From assembly GCF_963921235.1 (NCBI RefSeq), contig NC_086097.1:130450001-130514000 (forward strand): a stretch of DNA of 64,000 nucleotides, read 5' to 3'. This document shows positions 13,110 through 23,786 of the stretch, piece after piece; position 1 is the first letter of the stretch, and every line of letters starts with the position of its first letter. The stretch comes from Mobula hypostoma (taxonomy: Eukaryota). Both the position numbers and the translations under genes were made by a program. The notes under the pieces are model-generated. The model was not told the DNA's origin, did no database searches, and saw only the letters and a program-made list of their open reading frames with translations.

Positions 13110-13799
13110 CATCATCCAGGTACAACTGGTCCAGTTCTTGAGGCTCTTGCTTCACTGTAACTTGCAAAGGAGTCAACTCCTGGCTGTTCTCCCCTGGGAT
13201 TGGTGGCATCATTGATGGACTAGATTGAGCTCCATTCCTTGGAGACTTTTGAGCTTGCTGTTGTTGTCCTCTTGCTGCAGAATTAGTTGGACTGAAGGGC
13301 TGCACGTAAGTCGCCTCTGGTGAAGCAGAAGGGCCTTGAGGAGAAAGATTGTTGGGATACAGGGCATGCTGGAAGCCATGGGAACAGCTGCTGCTGAGGT
13401 GCTGGCTCATCGGGGGCTGCATCAGGACATGTGCAGAGTGGGTGGGCGAAGTTGGATGGACAACAACCGACCTGTGCACTTCTGGAAGAGCGGGCACTGT
13501 TCGAGATTGCTGGTGACCAAGCTGAGTACTGGCTGTACCGCTGGTGCATTTTGCATAGGGGGCAGATGTAATGTCATGCTGTTTATGAACTGATGTAGGG
13601 GAGGATGACAACCCAGCGTTCCTCTGTTGACAAGAGGAAAAACTACTTACAAGGCAGGAACTAGGATCCTGTGTTATCTCGGGAGCCATGACTGGTTGAG
13701 GGTAGTAGGGTTGGGACAAGGGACTCATCCCTTGATTGAGCGATCCATAGATTAAGGGCGGTTCATAGTCATCGGCAGGTTCTGTTTTTATAACGGGAA
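13110..13799 (-). CDS. NFATC1: NFATC1 large C-terminal exon, 690 nt: (V)PVIKTEPADDYEP...VTVKQEPQELDQLYLDD
   Basis: Lies within ORF 13102..13827. ctctcctcAG|TT CCC GTT ATA AAA ACA GAA...CTG GAT GAT G|GTaggt. Matches recalled human NFATC1 VPIIKTEPTDDYEP, DPSSCLV and VTVKREPEELDQLYLDD. The G left by the previous exon plus TT gives Val in frame. Confidence 0.96.
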
Positions 13800-15852
13800 C
13801 TGAGGAGAGAGAGAGAAAACAGAGCAAGGTGAGAGATATTCATGTGTGGGTCTGCAACTAAGGTACTTTGCAAAATAAACATGATTCTCAGTTAATGACC
13901 TGAGTCTCCCACTCAGTAGAAATTGGATGAGTCAGGAGCACAAGAAATTCACAGCTCTTTTTCATATTGAAAGCACTATTTCTTTTGGAATCATCCTTAC
14001 CACAAAGCATAGTACATAAACACATTTTTACAGGCCTACATTGTAACAGAGGCCTGAAGTCCAAAGCCTCCACCAAATCACTTATATTATTCAGATTGAG
14101 TATTTTAAAATATGCATTCTTGGTAAAAGCGAGATGTGAAAAAAAACCATTGAAGACAATTGGTCAATGTCATTCATTCATCTGAAATTATTACAATGTT
14201 TCTATTATTGCTGTCAAGGCAGTGGAAGCAATTGAGATGACACGAAGGAACAGGAATTCACTTAAGTTAATGGAACTGTCTATTAGGAGGATTAATACAT
14301 CATAGCATACATTTAATATTTTTGAAAAGACCAATTAATTGACAACAAAATCCAGAATCTAATCATTCCATTTTAATTTTTGTCTGCAATTGTCCGTGTT
14401 TATTTTCCCTCTTCGACACTTTACAATCCGTTCTGTTCTATTATTGTTAGACATCAGCTGGTTTCCCTGACCAAGCACAACAGAGAATGGTTACAAGTTG
14501 CTTGAGTTTGGTTTTATAAATTAATTTTGGCTCCATTTCACCAGCTGTGGGATCAGGAGGAGTGCAGACCCTGAAGGAATGTAAATAGGCATTGTAAATA
14601 CTACTTACACAAAAATCTCAATGGTAACAATAAACTTGAAAAGGTGTGTGGAATTTTAATATTTAGTTTATACGAGCCTACTTTGCTTCTCAATCTTGTT
14701 TATTCCTGAGAGTAACCCCGATGTATTAGAAGCTCTCAGAATGTTTAGATATCTCTAAGCCTTCCTGAATTTCATAGTGAAAATAAACTAATAAATTGTG
14801 ACCTCATCTTCTTACTGCTTCCTGTCTTAAAGTGGGGTCAAGAATTTCCAGAGCTTATTAAACAATGCCATGCACTTATTAGTGAGTTTTCCCTTATGCC
14901 CACTACGTTAATATATTGTTTTCATATTATCATTTAAATAATTTAAAAACCTTCCTCCCTGTTCTGACTGACATATTCATCAGCTTCTAATCTGAAACCG
15001 AATTTGGACATCATTTAAGCTTGAGTTAACAAGAAAGCTTCCTTCATATTCTGTTTAATTTTCTCCCCCTGTATATCATGGGAACATCCCTTTCCACTAT
15101 TGGTAGTATGTACAGGAGGTGTTGCTCAATGAAGGCAAAATCGATCAGCAAAGATCTCTCCATGTGGGACGTGCCATCTTCTCACAGCTACTGTACTATC
15201 GGGCAAGAGGTACAGAAGCCTGAAATCCTATGCTACTAGGTTCAAAAACAACGGCTCCCCTTCAGCCATTTAATTCTTGAAACAACCAGAGCAACTCTAA
15301 TCACGAAAGCTCAGCGGCACTGTGATAATTACACTAATACGGACTTCTGTGGTTCATCATTCTGACTGCTCTTTCGCCTGAAATTTGTTTCATTTATATT
15401 TATGCTTTCTTGTGAGCAAACACAGTATGCCCACAAGAAAACGGATCTCGGGGCTATGCATGAGACATATATGTACTTTGATAGTAAATTTACTTTGTAC
15501 CTTTCCATGTGAATACTGCCTATATGATGCTCTGTGCCTGTGATACTGCTGCAAATAAGTTTTTATTATTACTGGCACATATGATAATAAATGTGTCCTT
15601 GAATAATCTACTCCTATAATAAAAAGGCTAAAATCCTTTCTTCCTGAACCAAAGGCTGAGTGCCCAGCCATCTTTGGCCTGGAGGTTACTGCACATCCCT
15701 TTCACAACACTATGCAGATAGTGGTAGTGGTGTCCCCAGACCAATCAGATACAAAACCCTATGGCTTTTACTACTCTCTTTCCCACAACTTCAAATAACC
15801 TAGAGTTAATTCTCCTAGTGAGAAATATTAATTATATAAATATATTGAAATG

Positions 15853-16142
15853 TTTATTTATTTATTGAGATACTGTGAAGAATAGGCACTTCTGGCCCTT
15901 CAAGCCACGCCGCCCAGCAATCCCCCAGTTTAACCCTAGCCTAATTATGGGACAATTTACAATGACTAATTAACCTATCAATTAATTTTTCTTTGGACTG
16001 AGGAAGGAAACTGGAGTACAGTACCTGGAGGAACCCCAGACAGTCACGGGGAGAACATACAAACTCCTTATAGGCATCAGCAGGAAAAGAACCTGGGTTT
16101 TCGGTACTGTAAAGCATTGTGCCAGCCACTAAGCTACCATGT
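15853..16142 (-). mobile_element. tRNA-derived V-SINE (HE1-like)
   Basis: Minus strand has a tRNA-like head (ggtagcttagtggc), the V-domain ggagtttgtatgttctccccgtgactg...cagtccaaag and the tail gaagggccagaagtgcctattc. Confidence 0.75.
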
Positions 16143-16499
16143 ATTACATTGCACAGAATAAAGGTATTATTATACTCCAACATGCTTAATGGCAAGAAAT
16201 TACTGCAACACAATAAATATTGTTAAAAATAGAACCTAGTAGAGCCCAGTAATTATACCAATAAATACAACTAACATCCAGGAACAATAGCAATGATATT
16301 GATTAATGACTCAGCCATAATTACTTTCTTAGTTCCTGCCTTGTCCATCTGCAGGATCTTATATTCTCAGCCATCCCAACCAACCCAAGTCTTGTCTCCC
16401 AGCATCTCCACACAGGTGTAACAAGATGCTCATTTCCCCACAATTGCCTGAATAATTTCTACAGCAGTTAGAGATGGGGAGTCTTAACTGAAGCAAATG

Positions 16500-16860
16500 A
16501 CAGGGAGTGAAAGAGAGAGAGAGGGGAGAAAGAGTGTGTGTGTGTGCATTTGTGAGAGACAGAATGGGGGAGAGAGAGAAAATGGGGAGAAAGTGTGAGA
16601 GAGAGAGAGAAAGAGAATGGGGAGAAACAAAGAGATAGTGTCAGAATGGAGAGAAGTGAAAGGGGCTAATAGAAAGTGTGCAAAGAAGGAGAGAGAGATT
16701 TGCAGTGAAAAGTATAGAGAGTAGTGAGAAAGAGTTAGTGAGAGTTAGGGAAAGAGGGATGAATTAGCGAGTTTGAATGGGAGAGGAAGAAGAGAGAGGG
16801 AAAACAGACTGTGAGAGAGGAGGGTAAGAGAAAAGGAGGGAGAGGTGAGAAGCGGGAGAA
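16500..16860. repeat. Purine-rich (AG/GA) low-complexity tract
   Basis: About 360 bp of degenerate (GA)n, mostly A/G on the plus strand. Confidence 0.85.
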
Positions 16861-18379
16861 ATGTACAAGGTACCAGACAAATCAAAATAAAACAATGAAT
16901 CATAATGAAGAAAGAGCAACTTGCATTTGGGAGAGCAAGCAGTTGGGTCTCACTCGGTTTGGTGTCTCAAGGTAGCACTCCCTTGTACTACATTGGAGAG
17001 AGCCAGCCAGCTCAGTGTCTGCGGGTCTCTGGAGTGAGATGTGAACTGAAAATCTTCCGAAGAAGAGGCAAAAGTGCTGCAAATTGAATCATGGTCGTCA
17101 GTATCTACAGCAGAATTTAGTTTGTTATTGCATCCTTATGTTAGGGTAAACGCTATCCTATCAAGGCCCGTGTTTACTGCCCATCCTAATTGTTCTTGAA
17201 CTGAACTGTTTACTTGGCCATTCAAGAGCCAATTCAGTACTGGATTGAGTGACATGTCAAGCAGGTAAGAATGGCAAGTTTCCTTTTCCTGAAGGACACT
17301 AGGTTGGTCCTTCCTTACTAAATGATAGCTTCAATTACAACTATCCATGGCTTATTTCTTTTCATCTCAGAACTACCCAAGGCAAGATTTGAAATGGATC
17401 GTTAGTCCAGTCTCTAGATTGTTATTCCAACCCTCTAGATTACTAGTCTGGTGTTTTAATCATTACACCCCCATCATACTCTACTGGGGGCTATTATTAG
17501 GATATAAATGACATGTAATGCATTCAAAGGCTGAAGCAGATGCACATTGAGACAAGGAATTAGGGCTACAGCTGGACAGAAAAGGAAATCGACAGTGTGG
17601 AGACTGGTACAGGGAAACAGACGACAAGAGAAAGCTAATATGTTCTATTATTTTATCAGTGGAGAAAACTGTGTATTTTACATTAATGCACATTTTTCAT
17701 GGTTTAATACAACAATTATATTCTGCTGTACATTCATATGTTTGTTAAAAATATCAAGAGAGATGTGTTGGTAATTTGGTACATTCATTGTTGACAGATC
17801 AGATGCATTTCCAAAAACGGGACTAATATAAAAAATATCCAAAGATACTTCAAAGAATGGAAAACTTGGTACTATATAGAATCAATGGTTTTGTACATTG
17901 TGACAATTTGTTTTACCCTTCTGTCTTTTAGATGGCTTATATGCTTGATTTGATTTTTTTTCACGATATCGTAATAGACTGTGTAAGTGAAATTATATAG
18001 TATGAAATATAACTTGGCTTTATACCAATTAGTTTAAAATGTTCACTGACATTAACAAGACAGGCATTGATGGTTAAACAGAACTATGCATCAGACAAAA
18101 TAAACACTGGTGGTCTAGGAGCAACACTATAACTTCACGTAATTATGAGCAAAATTACTTTCAAAACTTCAAGTTTAGTTACAGTGACAGAGTCTAAATA
18201 CAGATCAAACTTTACTGTGTGCTTAGAAATATGACGCTGCTCAAGCTGTTTATTTTTGCCATAGATGAAATGCCTAGCAGCCAGTCGTAACATCTGGACC
18301 AGAGAAAGCTTTCGGAAGGTCAAAACCAGACAGTATCATTTCTCGATATTCCTCACTATGCATCACATAGAAAACCTTG

Positions 18380-18780
18380 CATTGACTTGCAGCCTTTCTC
18401 AACCTCAGGGAGCCTTCCAGTCAATAGCACCGCACGGAAATGTTACCTCTGTGGTATTGTACGAAGCCCAGCAGCTGAACTGTGCACAGCAGAACATGAG
18501 AAACAATAATGAAATACATGACCAGATCATCCATTTTAAGTTTTGCTAGAAAGGCAGATTCTGGGATGGAGAGCAGAGGTCACCAACTTCTCTTTGGCAT
18601 AGGGCTTTGTTTTTACATCCACCTGAGAGAGCAAGTGAGGAACAACTCAACATTTTATCTGAAAATTGGTACCTCTGACACTGCTACAGCCCTTCAGAAC
18701 TTCAGAGGTGTCAAACATTGACAAAGCACTTAAGTCTCTAAAGTAGGGCATAGCCTTCTGACTCAGTGGCAAGAGTGCAT
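18380..18780 (-). mobile_element. Ancient Deu-domain SINE (SacSINE1/AmnSINE-like)
   Basis: Minus strand has gcactcttgccactgagtcagaagg...ctctctcaggtggatgtaaaaac...gatctggtcat...tgctgtgcaca, matching the recalled DeuSINE core. Confidence 0.7.
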
Positions 18781-18853
18781 CTTTCTATACATTGATCGCA
18801 GAAAACAGAGCTTTTGAAGAAAAAAACACAATGAAGAGGCATTTTTTTCTTCA

Positions 18854-19244
18854 GTGAATGTCTACAGATGTACTATGGAGGACATTCTAACTGGCTGCAT
18901 CACCGTCTGGTATGGGGGAGGGGTGGTGGTGGGGGCAACTGCACAGGATCAAAATAAGCTGCAGAGAGTCGTAAACTTAGTCAGCTCCTTCATGGGCATT
19001 AGCCGCCATAGTATCCAGGACATCTTCAAGAAGCAATGCCTCAAAAAGGCTGCATCCATCATTAAGGCCCCCATCACCTAGGTTCTTGTTCTCATTGCGA
19101 CCATCAGGAAGGAGGAACAGGAGCCAGAAGGAACAGCCTCTTCCCCTCCGCCATCCAATTTCTGAATGAACATTGAACCCATGAACACTACTTTTTTATT
19201 TTTATTTTTACACTATTTATTTAATTTAACTAATATATATGTGT

Positions 19245-19287
<43 letters not shown>

Positions 19288-19400
19288 CACACTTACTATG
19301 ATTCACATCTTTTATTATGCATGCAACATATTGCTGCCACAAAGATAACAAAATTTCACAACATATGCCGCTGATATTAAAACTGATTCTAATTCTAATT
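18854..19400 (+). mobile_element. Rex1-type LINE 3' fragment
   Basis: ORF 18854 reads YRCTMEDILTGCITVWYG...LQRVV...CLKKAASIIK. Tail ctgattctaattctaattct. Confidence 0.8.
19240..19284. repeat. (TG)n microsatellite
   Basis: About 22 TG units with one interruption. Confidence 0.95.
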
Positions 19401-19599
19401 CTTAGATCACCAGGTAGAAACTAAATCTATGCTGTACTATGTCAACAATGGCATCCCATTAGATATCCTAAATTATTGTTTCTATTTCTTTTCCAGGTAA
19501 ATCTGTAGCACAAAATGAGGTTTAATCTGACCTGGTCCGTTGCTTTATCCTATGAGGCAATGCAACTCACACAAGCAGGTTAAGGACAGCATGATTTTG

Positions 19600-19885
19600 G
19601 TATCACAGTGGTGAAGCTGGTAGAGCCAATGCTTCTCAGCTTCAATGACCCAGGTTCAACCCTGATCTCCGGCATCTTCCATGTGGAGTTTGCATGTTCT
19701 CCCAGTTTCCTCAGGAGGCTTTCCCACTTCACAAAAGCATGCAGGTCAGTTGGTTAATTGACCATTGTGAAGTGCCCCTCTTCTCACTGTACAAGTGAGT
19801 GTTAGATTTAAGGGGGGAGTTGCTGGTGTAGGATTGTGGCAAATGGATAGGTGGGTGATGGGCTGAAGGGCCTGTTTCCATTCTT
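19600..19885 (+). mobile_element. Diverged V-SINE
   Basis: gacccaggttcaaccctg...gtggagtttgcatgttctccc...gatgggctgaagggcctgtttcc. Confidence 0.65.
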
Positions 19886-21199
19886 CAGTCTACATCCATC
19901 ACCTGGCATCAGTTGGAAAGAAGATGACTGTAAATGTCATCTGTGGATCAAAAGGTCCCACAAATAAATGGGTGTCTTTCTTTGTTTAAATCATTTATGG
20001 GAGGTGGTTATCACTAGCTGCACCGGCATTTATTTACCATCCTCTATTACCTTTGAGGCATTGACAGCAAGTTATTACCAGGAACCCTTGTAGACTATGT
20101 CATGAAGACACTTGACGTGAGGTGTTCATTCCAGCAGGCACTCGCTCTCTGCCTCCAGAGACTCAGAGATTCTGCAGATGCTGGAAATCCAGAGTAACAC
20201 ACACACACACCACAGGGTTCCAGTGTCAAATTCTGTCATTAAACATCAAATACTTTACACTAAAAAGACACACACAATCCTTTCTCAGAATATAGGACTT
20301 TAAAAATGCTTTTCATCAGCTGCAGATAGGACTGAAGATGCAGAAGGCATGGTGCTCCTTGTTAAAATACCATAGAAGACCTTCTCAGCAATTTGCTTGT
20401 CAGAATTCAGTAATGTTACTTCATTTTGGCACATTTTAATTTTAAATCTGCTTTTTATTTATTGAACTGCTACCTAGGAAGTGACACGTGATAATAAGCA
20501 CAATTAATTTTGTTTGTGAAGAGGCAGTTGCCTAAATCTGATGTCTGTAATAATATGCACCAATCATTTATCCTCACTACTGAATGGTCAGAAACTCTGT
20601 ACAGAGACTCGGAGTGAATAATCAAGTCTCAACGTATTTTTTGAGTAATGCAAGTCATATATTTCTTAATGCAATCCAGAAGTACATTAAAATGCCATCA
20701 GCCCTGATTGTTATTAATCTCACTACTGCTTCTCTTCAGTCTGCAGCTGAGACGGATCAGGTTTTCAAGTGTACAGACAATTTATGAGCCGTTAAATAGA
20801 TTCTGACACCATGAATTTCAGCCTTAGTCACTGCTGATTATTTTAAAGCAGCTTTACCTCATATTATACCCATAAAGTAACCATATCATTGAAGGAAATT
20901 TGTTGTTACTTTTGTCATCAGTTTTGTGACTTGCATCTTGTTAATATTTGAAGACCTGCTTAAGTGCCCATCTGAGACATTGGGATCAACTATTTTCTTG
21001 TTTATAATAATATTACCCAAGTTTGTTCTGCTTCCATCTATCCAAGCAGGATCAAAGGCTCCCTCTGGTGTCAAAGCCTCTTTGTACTGTCATATTACTA
21101 GTCACTGAAGACCAATTCCAGGGATGGGTGTGGTAAAAGAGAACATATCGCCATGACACTAGAATGGGCAATGCAAGCAACTTGGTAATGCTGAGGGAG

Positions 21200-21570
21200 A
21201 CCATGACTGTATCAGTGGGTAGCACTCTTGTCTCTTCAGCTTGAAGGGGTAGAGGACTCACTTTCAGAGGTGAGAGTGCAAAATCCCTAGCATATTCCAT
21301 TGGAGTATGGAGGGGCAGCATAGGCTTTCAGATGAGAGGTTAAACTAATGCCCCTTCAGGTGGAAGTAAAAGATCCTGTGGTATGAAACCAAGTCAGAGC
21401 TAAGATATGGTATCTACCAAAAATTCCTCGGTGAAGCAGGCCATGCATCATAATTACATTGCTGAGTGTGGAATTTAATGTGTGCACATTGTCTGCCAGG
21501 ATGGCTGCAATGATAAAGAGAAATAATTTGCATTGTCCTATGTTCATGAAGAGACGTGTATAAGTGCATA
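21200..21570 (+). mobile_element. Ancient Deu-domain SINE (SacSINE1-like)
   Basis: cagtgggtagcactcttgtctc...ctttcagatgagaggttaaac...tcaggtggaagtaaaagatcctgtgg...cattgctgagtgtggaatttaatgtgtgcaca. Confidence 0.7.
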
Positions 21571-21584
21571 CCTTACTTCAGAAA

Positions 21585-21752
21585 ATAAAATGGAAAATTT
21601 GGAAGTATCCAGCAAATCCAACAGAACCCATGAAAACTGAAATCTGGGTACATGCTTCAGGTTGATGACCTTTCATCAGAATTCATTTCAACTGCCTGAT
21701 CTGCTGAGAACTTTCAGCATTTTCTGTTTTACTGTAGGCTTCTAGCATCTGC
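21585..21752. mobile_element. Old inverted-arm PLE terminal remnant with a degenerate hammerhead
   Basis: Minus arm ttCTGATGAaaggtcatcaacctGAAG. Plus arm ctgcctgatctgctgagaactttcagcattttctg...ctagcatctgc. Confidence 0.6.
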
Positions 21753-22159
21753 TTTTGGACTTATCTTTCATTATAAGCCCAGATTTATACAGTATTGGAA
21801 AAATCTCTCACAATGCCCCATTCCAGTGTACTAAAGATTGCTCACACTTATTTTGCCAGCAGCCAGATCAGATACACATTCCCTTCACAACACCAATTCT
21901 TGTTGGTTTCATATTCTCCATCGGAGTTTTGTTACTTGTCCTATTGACCCTGAGGAGACAGATACTCAACGTATGATTTTGTGCAACTTATTTTTGCTAA
22001 GCATCTACGCTCCTTGTACCCTCTTATAGATCTTGGCAAGTGTGCCACAACATCTGTTTATTTTCTTCAGTGTTCTTTGCTTTTATTTATTTAATTTAAT
22101 TTCCCTTACATTTAGTATCTGATTACGTCAGTAGGAAATTTACCTCCCCACACAGAAAT

Positions 22160-22860
22160 TGAATAGTACAGCACAGGAACAGGCTCTTTGGCCCACAGTG
22201 TTTGTGTTGAACACAATACCAAATTGAACTGCATTCTTTTGCCTGCAAATGATCCATGTGCTTCCATTCACTACAGATTTATATGCTTACTCAAAAGCCT
22301 CTTGAACACCACTATCATATCTGTTTCCACTAGCACACCTGGCAGTATGTTCCAGGCACATATCACTCTCTTCTATAAAAAAAATTACTCTGCATGTCCC
22401 CTTTAAATTTTCCCCTTCTAGGCAGTTTCTAGAGTAGGTTACATGCTCAGTACAACATTGTGGGCTGAAGGGCCTGTATGTAATGTGCTGTAGATTTCTA
22501 TGATTCGCACTTCAAAGCTATGCCCACTTATATTTGACTTTTATACCCTAAGAAAATGTTTCTAGATAGCAACATGAATGATGCCTCTCATAACATTATA
22601 TACTCCTATTCAGCCTTACCTCAGCCTCCAACACTCTGGAGAAAAATAATCAAAGTTTACCCAACCTCTCCTAATAGCTAATACCTTCTAGTCAAGGCAA
22701 CAGTATAGTAGAACTCCTCTGAACCCTTTCCAAAGCCTTGACATCCTGTCTGTTATGGGGTGATCAGACCTGCATGCAATAATCCAAGGATGGCCTAACC
22801 AAAGTTTTATACAAATGCTCATGACTTCTTGACTCTTCCACTCTACATCTAATACTCTAT
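22160..22860 (-). mobile_element. Degenerate CR1-clade LINE 3' portion
   Basis: Minus-strand remnants resembling KSQEVM..LYKTLVRP and ERVQRSFT, with the tail gggccaaagagcctgttcctgtgctgtact. Confidence 0.7.
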
Positions 22861-23037
22861 GATTATTCATGTTGGTATTTGGGACAGAATAAGAAATATG
22901 GGAGTAGATAGAGAAGACATTAACTGAAAATTATCATAACAAGTTGATTAATCCCAGCCACCAGAAATATGGAAAGTACTTTTTAGCTCTTTCGGTAAAA
23001 ATAGCTTCAATCACCATGCACCCACATATATCTTTGC

Positions 23038-23311
23038 CAGACTCGGGCTGTAATTGCTGCCAAAGGTGCTTTTACTAAATATCGACTTGAAGGGGGTGAA
23101 TACTTATGCAACCAATTATTTTATTTTTTATATTTGTAATTAATTCAGATCACTTTGTAGACAGCGTTTTTCACTCTGACACAACAGAGGCTTTTTCTGT
23201 TCGTCAGTGTTAAAAAAGCCCAATTTAATCCATTGTGATTCAATGTTTTAAAATAATAAAACATGAAAACTTCTGGGGGGAGGGTGGCGCGAATACTTTT
23301 TACAGGCACTG
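23038..23311 (+). mobile_element. Tc1-like transposon right end
   Basis: gctgtaattgctgccaaaggtgcttttactaaatat gives AVIAAKGAFTKY, the Tc1 transposase C-terminus. Inner repeat gggggtgaatacttatgca, outer end gaatactttttacaggcactg followed by TA. Confidence 0.85.
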
Positions 23312-23397
23312 TATATGGAATGGAATGTATTAACAGCTCTCAGTGCCTTATACATTAAGATCATAAAATTAATTAATTTTATGTATTTTATGTCACT

Positions 23398-23786
23398 AGA
23401 AAGGCAGCGTCCATTATTAAGGATCTCCAGCACCAGGCATGCCCTTTTCTCACTGTTGCCATCAGGTAGGAGGTACAGAAGCCTGAAGACACACACTTGG
23501 CGATTCAGGAACAGCTTCTTCCCCTCTACCATCCGATCCCTAAATGCACATTGAACTCCTGAACACTACTCACTTTTTTAATATACATTTTTTCTGTTTT
23601 TTGCATGATTTTTAATCTATTCAAGATACATATACTGTAATTGATGTATTTATTTATTTATTATTATTTTATTTTGTTTTTTTCTTCTATATCATGCATT
23701 GCATTGAACTGCTGCTGCTACATTAACAAATTTCAATTTCACGGCTTATGCCGGTGATTATAAACTTGATTCTGGTTCTGATTCTG
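23398..23786 (+). mobile_element. Rex1-type LINE 3' fragment (young subfamily)
   Basis: HALFSLLPSGRRYRSLKTHTWRFRNSFFPSTIR and a (TTCTGA)n tail. Confidence 0.85.

Noticed and set aside
13800..13827. N-terminal MLCFLSLSS of ORF 13102..13827 as a real start
   Set aside because: It is the translated polypyrimidine tract; the exon starts after the AG, at 13799.
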